From Hyaloraphidium curvatum SAG 235-1 (Eukaryota > Fungi > Monoblepharomycota), in the NCBI GenBank assembly GCA_025558095.1, contig JAIVFI010000013.1:248001-312000 (forward strand): 64,000 nt of DNA, written 5' to 3'. Below the pieces are notes generated by a model that saw nothing but the letters and a program-made list of their open reading frames with translations, ran no database searches and was not told the origin of the DNA. The first letter of the stretch is position 1. The number at the start of each line of letters is the position of its first letter. The position numbers and the translations under genes were made by a program. Positions 13,492 to 24,218 of this stretch are shown here, one piece after another.

Positions 13492-15302
13492 CTAATTACT
13501 TTGGAAGAGGAAAAGGTTGTTCGTGGCGGCAAGGGCCACAGTGTTCTCTCGCGGATGCCAGCTCGCGTGCAGGATCTTTTTCGTGAAGTCCAGCGACTCC
13601 AGATTGTTCTGGAAATCCTCCTTCTTCGTCGGCTTCTTGCCGACGGCGACGGGCGGCTTGTTCTTTGTCGACCCGATCCGTTTGGCTTTGAAGGCGGACT
13701 TGTCCGCCTGCAGCACGATGTCGTTCCGCCCGTTCCGGTCATAGATGTGGAAGTAGTTGCTGTACGACCCGGTCAAGACGTGGCTGCGCAAAGGAGAACG
13801 AGTGAGGACCGAAATCAGCTGCGCCGGCAACCCGAACCCACGAGCCGTCCCCGCTGACGGTGCACTCGAACTTGTCGAAGATGCAGTCGTTCTCGTACAG
13901 ATCGCACAGCTTGCTCCGCAGGTCGTGGATGAGGATAGTCTGGACCGGTTTCGACTCCATGTTGATGTCCCAGACCTTCAGCGTGAGGTAGTCCCGCGAG
14001 ATGATATACCGGCCCTCGCGCGAGAACTTGATGTCCGAGATGGACGAAATGATCTCGGAGAAGAAGGACTTGTTCTGCGGATCCTCTTCTTCCTCAAAGA
14101 CTTGTAACGGATGTCAGGGGCATCACGTCTCGAAGCAGCGAGCCACGAACCCTTGGCCGGTGAATCGCAGAGCGCGGACATCCGCATGTCCGCAACCTTG
14201 ATCGTCCCCTTGCTGCTGCTGTACATGAACAGATTGCAGTCGATGGGGTGGAACTCTGCCGCGGTGATGACCTCGGTGAGCTCCTCCATGTTGACGGGCT
14301 TGATGTCGACAATGTCTGGCGTGGTGACGCCTTAGCATGACGAGGGACCGCGTCTCCAAGGCACCCACTGAAACTCTGATCCGCGATGTTGAGGTTCCAA
14401 AGGTTTATTCGGAGGTCGTCTGCGCTGAGGAAGGTCTCTCCGTCGGAGTTCACGGAGATGGAATTGATGTGGTAGGCGTGCGCGTTGGCGTAGATCTTGC
14501 GGGGGATGGCCGCAATCATGGTATCGTGGTGGATGAGTTTGGGGAGTTTCAGCGACTGCTGGGTGAAGTTTTGCTGCGTGTCCATCCCGTCGGAAGTGTT
14601 GTTCTCGGAGACAACCTTGATGGACTTCTCGAAGATCTTCCACAGCTTGATGGTTTTGTCTGGATGTTGCGGCAAGGGATGGCAGATGAGCCCACGCAGC
14701 TCCCGTGGATGCTCGTCGGGGACCGACCGTTGGTAGAGAGGAGGAAGTGCGCCGCATTCTGCCGCTTGCACCAGCGAATCTTGTTGATCTTCTCCTCGAT
14801 CTCCAGACTCTTCAGGTAGTCAAACTCCGGCTCGTGCGACTGGAACTCGGTGTAAAACTTGTACTCGCATCCTTTTTTCTGCGCGATGGAGCCGCAAAGC
14901 TCAGAGAGAACCGGCCGAGTCGCCGGGAGGCACGCTCACGCCCTCGTTCCGCTCAAAGAGCACGACGCGTCCACCCTTGTCGCCCGTTGCGAGATAGTCT
15001 CCGGTCTCGTCGAACTCGACGGCCGAGATGATGTCCGCTGAGGAACGCGAGCGGCACCACGCGGCGGCGGACAAGCAGGCAGCAAAGATGGCGTCAAGAC
15101 TCCGAAGCTCCACGAACGCGCGAGGAGCAAGAACGCGCACCATCTGTGACCTCCTCGACCTCGCCTTTGTCGCCGAAACACCTTTTGCCGGAGTGAGCGC
15201 GTCACGACCCCGCGTCTGGCAGCGACGCGGCGGGCACACGCACTGTGCGAAGCGCCACGACCCCTCCTCCTCGCTCGGCGACACCTGCGGCGGGGACGCC
15301 AT
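13492..15302 (-). CDS. CDC55: Protein phosphatase 2A regulatory subunit B55 (PR55)
   Basis: [73 protein letters not shown] and KILHASWHP motifs. Confidence 0.96.
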
Positions 15303-15423
15303 GGCTGTGCGAGCGTCGGAAAGTCCCTCCTAGGTCCAAGCCTATGGTTGGCGGCGCATTGTCACCCTGTTGAGGGTACCGCGTCGACGGGCGTTGGATA
15401 CGATCACACCCCCGCGGTGCGTT

Positions 15424-16284
15424 TTATTCGGGCACAAACAGGTTGAAGTCGCGTATCGCGAAGGTCCGAAGCATAGAGCGAAAGTTTTCCGCTAACGCAT
15501 CGGGCGCCATTGGTTGCGCTTCGGTGGTTTCCGGCCGATTCAGCGCGACCAGCACGTCCGTCGAGTAAGGCGCCCGAAGCCGGATGACGCCCAACAGGAT
15601 GGCCACCCTGTGAGCCTCCGACCCGTGGGACCGATATTTTGAGATCATTTGCTCTCCAATGAGCATGGATGCCGATTCGGCCTGCCTGTTGGTGCGCGAT
15701 CGGCGGCGTGGGACGGAGCAAGACCGATCGCGGCCAGCACCAGCACTCACTCGAGAGGAACCTCGAAGAAAGTCAACGGATCGAGCACCTCGATCCTGTT
15801 TATGGTGTTCGTTGTGGATTCGTTCTCCTCCGCCAGGTTGTTGAAGTGGAAAGTCGCCGCTACGAAACAACGTTGGAGCAGCTGCGCCTGTGACGTGCAT
15901 TGCCGGTACCTTCCGATGCGTCGATGTCCTTCACGGATTCCAGCAACTCGACGATGAGGCTGTCGTCGGAGTTCATGTCCACGAAGACCTCCTAGGGCAG
16001 GCCAGGTCCCGATGAGGACCACTCCCCGGAACCAGGCAAAACGCGTTCCACCTGGTTATCAGGCACCTCTCGTATTTGGCTGCCGAGAGCGGTCCGATGA
16101 GTCGCTAGCCGAACCTCCACACGCGTCCGCTCGCACCTCGCATCCAGGTAGGAGTGCGGGGTGACTGCGGTCGCGGGCGGTTCTCTAGTTCCGATGCGCC
16201 CGAGCCAGGCACGGAGCGCCGTCTACCGATGGTGATGGCTCCTCCAAAGATGGATTTGGTCTCTCCGGGCACGCCGACTGTCAT
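15424..16284 (-). CDS. MOG1: Ran guanine-nucleotide release factor Mog1 (RANGRF); multi-exon
   Basis: Spliced peptides [48 protein letters not shown]...TDVLVALN.P and [10 protein letters not shown]. Confidence 0.85.
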
Positions 16285-16376
16285 TTTCGAATGGTGTTCG
16301 GGAAGGGAAGATTGGCGCCCTCGTCCGATTCTCCGCGCCTGCCCTGCCGGAAGCAGAAGGATGCGAATTGTAATAA

Positions 16377-17908
16377 TCATTTCGTGCCTAGCTTCTGCTC
16401 GACGATCTTCGGACCCTGTTCTTCCCACTCCTGCTTCGAGATCCAGAACGAGTCCTTGTCCTTCATGATATCGGCGAGGACGGCGCCGCCCAGGAACACC
16501 ATGTGCTTTCTCCGGGGCGGATCCTCGACCTTCAGTTGGAATTTCTGTGGCAACATCCAATGAGAGGCCGCGATTGCCCTTACACACCACGCAACCCACC
16601 GAGAGCCGCGAAGTGTCTCCCTTGAGAACGTTCGCAAGGTAGAGTTGCTTGATCTCCTTCTCTAACCGGCTGGGGAGACCCGGGTACATCGTCGAGCCCC
16701 CGGAAAGCACGATGTGCTTGTAGAGCTCCTGCCGGAGGTCGATGTCCGCGGACTGCACCGCGTTGAAGAGTTGCTCTGCGGGCATCGGACGATCAATCCA
16801 CGTGATATCGTCGCGAAGGAGGAAACCTGCCTGCCATCCCGGCGGCCTCGACGTCGACAAGATGCGGCTGGAACAGCGCCTCTGGTGCCTCGAACCGCTC
16901 CGATCCCAGTTTGATGACGCGCCCGTCCGGCAGCTGAGAAGCGGTTAGCGGCGACTTCAGGCGACCGCAAGAGGACCATACGGTATAGCTCTCCATCAGC
17001 ACCGTCGTCTCCTCCGCGAGTTTTCGCTCCAAGTCCAGATCGTACCTGACGCAGCGACGGCATATCAACACAGGGCTGCAGTGGGGGAAAGTGTCCCACC
17101 CACCCGACGTAGCACAGCTTCTCCTTCACCATCCGCACAGTCTCGAAATCTGCCGTCCGGTTGAAGGCGTACCCGCGCAGCAGGAGCAACTTGATGAGGT
17201 AGCGCGTGATGTCGCGCCCTGCCACATCGAGCCGCCTCGTGTTCTGAGGCAACGCGAACCCGTCGTACACCGGCACAATGTGGGTCACGCCGTCTCCAGA
17301 GTCAATCACCACACCGGTCAAGAGGCCTGATTCGGAGGGTCAGACGGCATCCGGCACGGGATCGCGAAATCGGAGGTCCACCTTGCGCGTACAGGGTGAG
17401 GACCGCCTGGATGGCCACGTTCACGCCCTGGAACCCGTACTTCTCGAACATGACCTCGCACATTTTCACCCGGTTCTGTTTCGGGTTCTGCACGGGCTCG
17501 GTCAGGAGCACCTTGCACTCCTTCGGGTCGATCTTGAGCTTCTCGTAGAACGTGTAGTCCCAGAGATACCCCTGGTCCTCCCAGTTGCGGACGATGCCGT
17601 TCTCCATCGGATAGGAGATCTGGAGCAGCGACCTCACGGCGGAGGCCTCGTCTCCGACCATGATGTCCTTGATCTCCACGTCCCCGACCTTCTCCTCCGC
17701 CCGGAGAATGGGCCGCCCGACCATCGAGGGGAAGATGGCCGTCGGGAAGTTGCTCCCCGCAAAGCCGCACTTGACGAACTGCGGAGATGACGCGTCCGCC
17801 GGGACATGAGCGCGTTCGGGCCACGGCAACGGGTCAGCGCAGGACACGCGTTTCGGGGGGTCCGGCACGCACCCCCGTTCCATTGTCGCACACGACGACT
17901 TTCGACAT
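16377..17908 (-). CDS. ARP2: Actin-related protein 2
   Basis: [76 protein letters not shown] and [18 protein letters not shown]. Confidence 0.97.
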
Positions 17909-18026
17909 CGTGGCGGAGGATAGAGGAGAGCCAGGAACGGGTCGCTCCGAGCGTCTGGACGACTTTCGCCAAGGGATCGACTTTCCAACAGTACTAAATA
18001 ACTGCAGTCGCGACGCTGTCGGCAGG

Positions 18027-18852
18027 ATGACCTCCGCAGCTCGGTGAGCGCCCCGCGGACGGCGAGGCGAGCGCCGCTAATGCTTGCTGCAGACCCACGT
18101 GGAACCCCGCCGTCGGCGGTAACACTCTGCGTGACCGCGGCGGGGTTACGAAGATCGTCTCGTCCAAGGACCTCGCCTCGCAGACCAAGCTCAAGTTCAG
18201 GCAACCGGGTCAGAATGCGCCCGAGGACCTTGCGGGGAAGGACCTGAGGGAGGAGCTGGCGAGGAAGGAGGAGGAGCACGTCAACAAGGGGAAGCGGAAG
18301 ACCGAAACGGACCTCCTCGACGACGACCAGCCGCGGAAGAGGGTACTGCCTCCGGTCAACATCGATGCGGACGACGAGAGCGACGAGGACGATAGCGACG
18401 GGGACGAGGACGGCGCTCCCCGGGCGGCGAAGTCCGCGGACGACTCCTCTTCCGAGTCCGACTCGGACGACGAGGACGACACGGCGGAGCTGATGCGGGA
18501 GCTGGAGAAGATCAAGAGGGAGCGCGCGGAGGAGAAGGAGCGGCAGGAGCGCGAAGCGATGGAGAAGGCGCAGGCCGAGCACGAGGAGGAGGTCCTCCGG
18601 GGGAACCCACTTCTGGACATGGGGAGCAAGGGGGTGGACTTTAGCGTCAAGCGGCGCTGGGACGACGACGTGGTGGGTCTCGGTGGCCCTTGGCGACTCG
18701 ACGCGCAGTGAGTCCCGTTCTGACGCCGTTCTTCTCCTCAGATCTTCAAGAACCAAGCACGAGGCGTGGAAGAAATGCCGAAGAAGCGCTTCATCAATGA
18801 CCTGCTACGGAGCGACTTCCACCGCAAGTTCATGTCCAAATACATCAAATGA
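18027..18852 (+). CDS. CWC15: Pre-mRNA splicing factor Cwc15
   Basis: [24 protein letters not shown], an acidic middle, [33 protein letters not shown] and [20 protein letters not shown]. Confidence 0.95.
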
Positions 18853-18959
18853 TCGTCTCTAGTCAACTGTTTGTGCAGCCGGGACTCGATTGTGTCATTC
18901 AATTCAGTTTGGACAAAGAGGAGGGTATCTGAATACAATCATTCTGCCGACCTGTCCCC

Positions 18960-19833
18960 CTAGCCCTTGAGGGCATTCAGCCGCCGCTCCAGGTGCTCCT
19001 CGGCCTTCTCCTCGGTCTCTTCCTCCGCCGGTTCTTCCAACGCAGGGCCAACTTTGTTGGCCTGTCCCAGCACCCCGTCCGTGAGCTCCCAGAGTACCTT
19101 CTCGACCTCTTCGTCGGCCTCCTCCTCGATGTCCTCCTCGTTCTGACCGACCATGACATCCTCCATCATCTCCTCGATGATGCCCGACTGCCAGAAGGCT
19201 CCGTCAATGCTCTCCCACGGACAAGGTCGACTCCTCGCCCACCCGCATCATCTCCTGGGACATTTCCTGCATCACCTTGGCAATGGCCGGAAGCTTGACG
19301 AGCTGGTTCATGCTATGCATGATTTCCGTGCTCCTCTTCAGCGTGCCCGCGATTTTGACCTGGGCTGTTGCCAGATGCTCGTGAACAGGTGGTCCACAGC
19401 ACCTTCGGCGCCCACGCACCGGCCTGGTGCTGCAGCTGAAGCAGCACCGAATTGAGCTGCGCCTTTGACGTGTGTAACCGCGTCTTTGCTTTCCGGGAGC
19501 GCGCCACCTCGCGCGCCAGAGTTCTGCACGACGCGACGTCCCCCCGCTTGGCCGCCTGCTTCATCGTCCGCTTAATCTTCTCCTCCTCCGCCGCGATACC
19601 GCGGAGCTGCCGATCCAGCTCCCTGTCCTGGGCCCGGATATTGGACCGCCATTTCCGAACCTGCCGGAAGTGTTGAAGTCGGTTCCTGACCGAGCAGAAG
19701 GTTGCCTCACCAGCTCGTCCGGGGTTGGTTGCTTGCCTGGGACAGAGAGGAGGAGTCACTAGGCTGGAATTAGCAGATTCACACGTTCCAAGGTACCCAG
19801 TAACCGTTGAAACAGCGACGGTCCGTCCGACAT
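18960..19833 (-). CDS. VPS24: ESCRT-III subunit Vps24/CHMP3
   Basis: VRKWRSNIRAQDRELDRQLR, LHTSKAQLNSV, KIAGTLKRSTEIM, EEEADEEVEKVLWELTDG and RLNALKG*. Confidence 0.92.
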
Positions 19834-19944
19834 GGTGGAGTCGCGATCGTTCGCAGACGAGCGCGATCGGACGACCCTTGCGGAGGAGACAGTCAGGGTA
19901 TACAGTAGGGCCCATGCAAAAGCAATACATCGACGACGAGCCTG

Positions 19945-21652
19945 CTAATAGAGGGGCAATGCCGCTACTATCGGCGCCAGCGCAGACCACTCCTCCTCGC
20001 GACTCGCCGCGTATCGCGCTTGCTCGTTCACCAAGTTCGAGTAAATGGCGACGACGTCCTTCTTGTGGAAATGCAGGAAGTTGAGCTCCTGCCAAACCGC
20101 GAACCTGCTGAATGCCAGCCGCCGTTGCTGGCTTTCGAGCTCGCGAGAGTCCTGGAAGACCGTCAGCCTCGAACGGGAAGAATCCGAGATCCGGCCCCAC
20201 CGCATCGATGGAGTTTGCGAGCTTGTCCATCTCCTTCTGTACACCTCCCTTGGACGTCAGCTCCTCCAGCTTGGCCTTGTTGCCCTGTATGCGCTTCTGC
20301 AGTGTGTCGATCGTCATCGCGATAACCATTCGTTCCCGTCTGATCAACATGTCCTGCGGCGCGCAATCAGGGCCCCAACCGCCGTCTGTGCATGTCATTA
20401 GCCCTACCCGAGCGGCTTCCAGAAGCTCCAGATAAGCCCGCAGCCGCTCCACTGCCTCCCCCAAGGAAATCTCCGCATCGTCGCGGACCACCTTCGAAAC
20501 ACGGGCGATGCCGTTGCCGATCTTCGAGTACGTGTTCGAGATTGTCGGACAGCTTGCGCATTCCGGCACCGTGCAGTCAGAGACGGTCGCGAGCATGCCG
20601 AGCATCAAGTTGTAGCGGTTGAGGTCATCGGCATTTGCTGCAATGGGTCCTCGTGAGATTGCAGTGCTGCGAAGACGGAGGTTCCGAACCTTGGGTTCGG
20701 CTGTAAATGTTGTCCATGACGTCGGCCATCGAGGTGTACTGCTCAATGAGCAGCGGAAGCACGTCCTGCAGCTTTTCCATCCGAGACTCGGCATTAAGGG
20801 GAACCGAACTCCGTTCGGCCTCGGAAAGAACGCCGTGGATGTCCGCCTCGTCGGCGTTGGAGATTGTTGCCTGCTTCTTGTACGCGGTGATGTCCGTCTG
20901 CTCGCGGAGAAAGGCGACGAGCTCTTTGTCGTCCCGGAACGACGGGTGATTGGCGACAAAGTTGATGAAGCGGGACAGGCCGCGCCGCCGCTTCTCCAGA
21001 AACACCTGATCAGCTAGATTGAATCGCACTAGAAATGAGCCTCCACATTCAGCAATGCCGAAGCACCGCACGCCGGGAACCTACGAACCTGAGATCTTCT
21101 TTGGGGGCAGGTTGGGCACTGGACCAAAGGTCAGCACCGCTTGTGGGTGCCCTGCAGCAGCCACTCACGCAAGCGCAGAGGATAGCGAGAGGACAAGACC
21201 TCGTGCAGCCACACAAAGTCGCTGTAACGACGCAAAACGGAGGACTTGCGATACTGGAGGGGCGGCCCGTTGGCGAGGGTCTCCTCGAGCAAACGCGAGC
21301 AGTCCCACCGAGCTCTGCACTATGTAGTTGACGTGCTTGAGAATAAAACCCGCCTTCTCGGGCGCGATGGAGATTCTGACGCGGTCTTCCGGGAGGTTCA
21401 GACGGGCCGCGTCCGCGGCCAAGAACGTGTTCTCCGAAACCCCGTTGGAGGATTGCAGGGAGGGTATGATGGGCGCGGGCGGAGGCGCTGCATTCGGCCC
21501 GGGCAGAGTCACGCTAGCTGTTGCGGCCGTTCCGGGCAGCGGCGCGTCGGAACTCCGTTGAGCCCTCGCGTCGCTCGGACGCACGGGTGGACCGCACCGA
21601 ACGTGCCATCTCCTTCGTCTCCCCAGACAGAATGCGTCAAATCCTCGCTCAT
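19945..21652 (-). CDS. MVP1: PX-BAR sorting nexin Mvp1/SNX8
   Basis: PEKAGFILKHVNYIV, RRYSDFVWL, LPPKK and FLEKRRRGLSRFINFVANHP (PX domain), followed by a helical BAR-like region. Confidence 0.85.
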
Positions 21653-21777
21653 GGGTGCCTCTGGTCCTAAAGTAGCACGCCGGGCGCGATTGCGGGGGGC
21701 CGGCACCTGTCGAGGATCTCGACGCGGTGATGCCGTGGGGCGGCGCGCGGGGCGGGCAGCCGTACGCACTGACAACG

Positions 21778-23345
21778 ATGTCGTCGCGGGACCTCTTGCG
21801 CGATTTGGACAACCTTTCTCTCGTGGAGGATTCGGAGCTTCAGGAGTTTCGACGCCGATGGCGGGAGGAGGTTGAGAGCCGGGCAAGATCGGCCAAGAGC
21901 GGTGCCGATGCAGTGTCGGCATCTTCGACGGATGAAGCGGGCAAGGCCGCTGGCAAGGACGTGGGAAACCGCGTCGGACGGGATCCGAAAGCAATCTCGC
22001 TGGACATCCGAAAGGCCGGCTCCGCTTCTGGGACGGCGCTGGTCTCGGCTCGGCTCGCCGCGGGAACCGCCCAGCCGCAGCGGGAGGCAAGCGATGGGGC
22101 TGCTACGGCGGTGGACGTGTACGACACTGCCGTGCGCTTTGAGCGCGAGGGCAACCTTTCGAAGGCCTTAGAGTTTTATCAGAAGGCGTTTCGGATGGAC
22201 GATCAGTGCGATTCCAAGTGGAGGAAGCTCTGGGCTCGCGGAGAACTGTCGGACGCGGCTCCGTCCACGGACGACGGCGAGAAGGACCGGCCCGATTTCA
22301 CTTACGAATGGTTTGAGCGGGAGAATGGGCCATATGGTTTCGAATCCTCCACGACGGTGGCAACGGAACTGTCAAACATTCCACTGAGGTGGGCTCCTTG
22401 CCGCTCGCGTGATCGACCGCTGATTGGAGCGTTTCCACAGCTTCGTTCCCAAGAAGAAGAACAAGACGGTTCCGCTCGCGAAAGTCCCCGACGAACTCAT
22501 CCTCGTGGTACTGAAGCGCATCGCTTGGATGGACCCTTATGCTTTGGTCAGCATCGGTCTCGTGAACAAGAAGCTCTACATGCTCGCGCGAGAGCAGGTT
22601 GTGTGGCGCGATCTCTGCGAACGGACCTACCGGACCTTTGTGCCCAACGTCTTGGCCCTGGAGGCGGAGCTGCCCACGTACAGCAACGATTGGAAGGTCA
22701 TGTTTTTGAAGCGACCACGTGTGCGCCACGACGGACTCTACATTTCTCGCTGGTTCGTCGTACTGGTGCGTACCCGCGAAACCATGCTGAACCATCGCTC
22801 GGCAGTCACTACTGGAGACCAGGGCAGACAGACTTCGGGCTCACGTCCCCGTACCTTTTGGTGACCTACTTCCGATACCTTAGGGTAAGTCCATCACCGG
22901 GCGCCCTCAACCGTCCTCTGACTCGCCGCGGGCAGTTCTATCGGGACGGCACGGCCATCTCACTGTGCACCACCACGGAGCCAATCGATGCGGTCAAGCT
23001 CTTCCGGAAGCTGCCGAAGAACGTCAAGTCCCTGATGACGGGCCACTGGACCCTGACGGGCAATAGGGTGGAAGTGGTCCTGACCGATCGCGACCGGCCG
23101 AACACCGTTTTCACCATGAGGCTGTGAGGCGGTTGTCAGCGTTCTGGGCTCTTCATTCTGACCTGCGTCCGCTTAGCGCCATCCGCAGCACCGGCCACAG
23201 CTGCATGAATGTCGCAAAATGGGAGCGCTACTCCAGCGTGCAGGGCGATTTTGACGAAGTCGAGTATCCTCTGAAGACCCTGAAGAGTTTCTCGTTCTCT
23301 AGGGTTCGATCGTATGTGTCCTTTCCCTCTCCCCACTGCCCTTAA
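21778..23345 (+). CDS. F-box protein of the Hrt3/FBXO9 family
   Basis: ELQEFRRRWREEV, TPR-like AVRFEREGNLSKALEFYQKAFRMD, F-box LAKVPDELILVVL, RPRVRHDGLYIS and LVTYFRYLRFYRDG. The last exon end is approximate. Confidence 0.88.
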
Positions 23346-23438
23346 TGTTTCGGATCCCGGACCTTTGCTGCTTTTGTCAGAGGATGTGTGGTCGGCCCGG
23401 ATGCTCGTCGCGATGCACAGGACGACGCTCCTAGGGAG

Positions 23439-23538
23439 AACACACAGTCGTTGATGAAGCGGACTAGGACATTGCAGTTTTGTAGTCGAACGCACAGTCG
23501 TTGATGAAGCGGACTAGGACATTGCAGTTTTGTAGTCG
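23439..23538. repeat. Tandem duplication of a 50-bp unit (2 copies, 1 mismatch)
   Basis: aac[a/g]cacagtcgttgatgaagcggactaggacattgcagttttgtagtcg at 23439-23488 and 23489-23538. Confidence 0.95.
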
Positions 23539-24218
23539 AGATGCAGGCCGGCGATGCAAGGGTGGATGGGTGCGTCCTAATTGGAACCGGCGAACTGGCT
23601 GGATGACGGCGCCGCAATCCAGCCAATCAGCAGACGCTGCGATGAGAATCAGCGGACGCTGCTATGGAGTCAGGAATGGTTCCACCATCTGTAGACTAGA
23701 TTTGAGACTATCAGCTCATTTTTCTCCAGTCATAGCTGCCGGCGACTTCGGATCAGCCGTCTCGTCTCGCTCGGTAAAGGACTTACTACTCTAGGCCTGA
23801 GGTGCCAAGCGCGGCGGTTCGGACACACGGGAGCTGTCTCTGCGTTATTCAGACGTGCGTATCGACTGCCGGTGTGTTTTCCACGGTTGCGCCGGGGCGT
23901 TGGCTTCGGCGCCGAGCCGGGGTCGCGGGGTTGCCGGGTCCGCTTTCCGGCCCCGTCGACACCCCGGCGGCACACCAACGGCGCCTGGGGAGCTCTCCTC
24001 CGTTGGTGGTCCGCGGTCTTTGTGCTTGGTGGACGCGTGATGGCCGGTAGTTGCGTCCGGCGCGGCGTCGCCGGCGGTGCTCCGGCCCCGGCCCGAGCTC
24101 CGGCGTTTAGATCGGCTTCGAGCGCGCTCACACGCTCCGCCCCCCGCAGGTTCTCTCGCGAGCGGCAGCAGCTTTCTTGTCAAGTACTCGTACCGCCCCC
24201 CTCGAGCTCGCCGGCAAG

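Noticed and set aside
17302-18756. 484-aa ORF appearing to give Arp2 a long N-terminal extension
   Set aside because: The upstream part is antisense to CWC15 and reads through an intron. The true Arp2 start is at 17908.
19313-20959. 548-aa ORF seemingly fusing the sorting nexin and Vps24
   Set aside because: Chance read-through across introns and the intergenic gap. Each gene has its own start and stop.
23439-23538. 50-bp repeat as a CRISPR array or C/D snoRNA (contains TGATGA)
   Set aside because: There are only two abutting copies with no spacer, and no matching D box (CTGA) or terminal stem.
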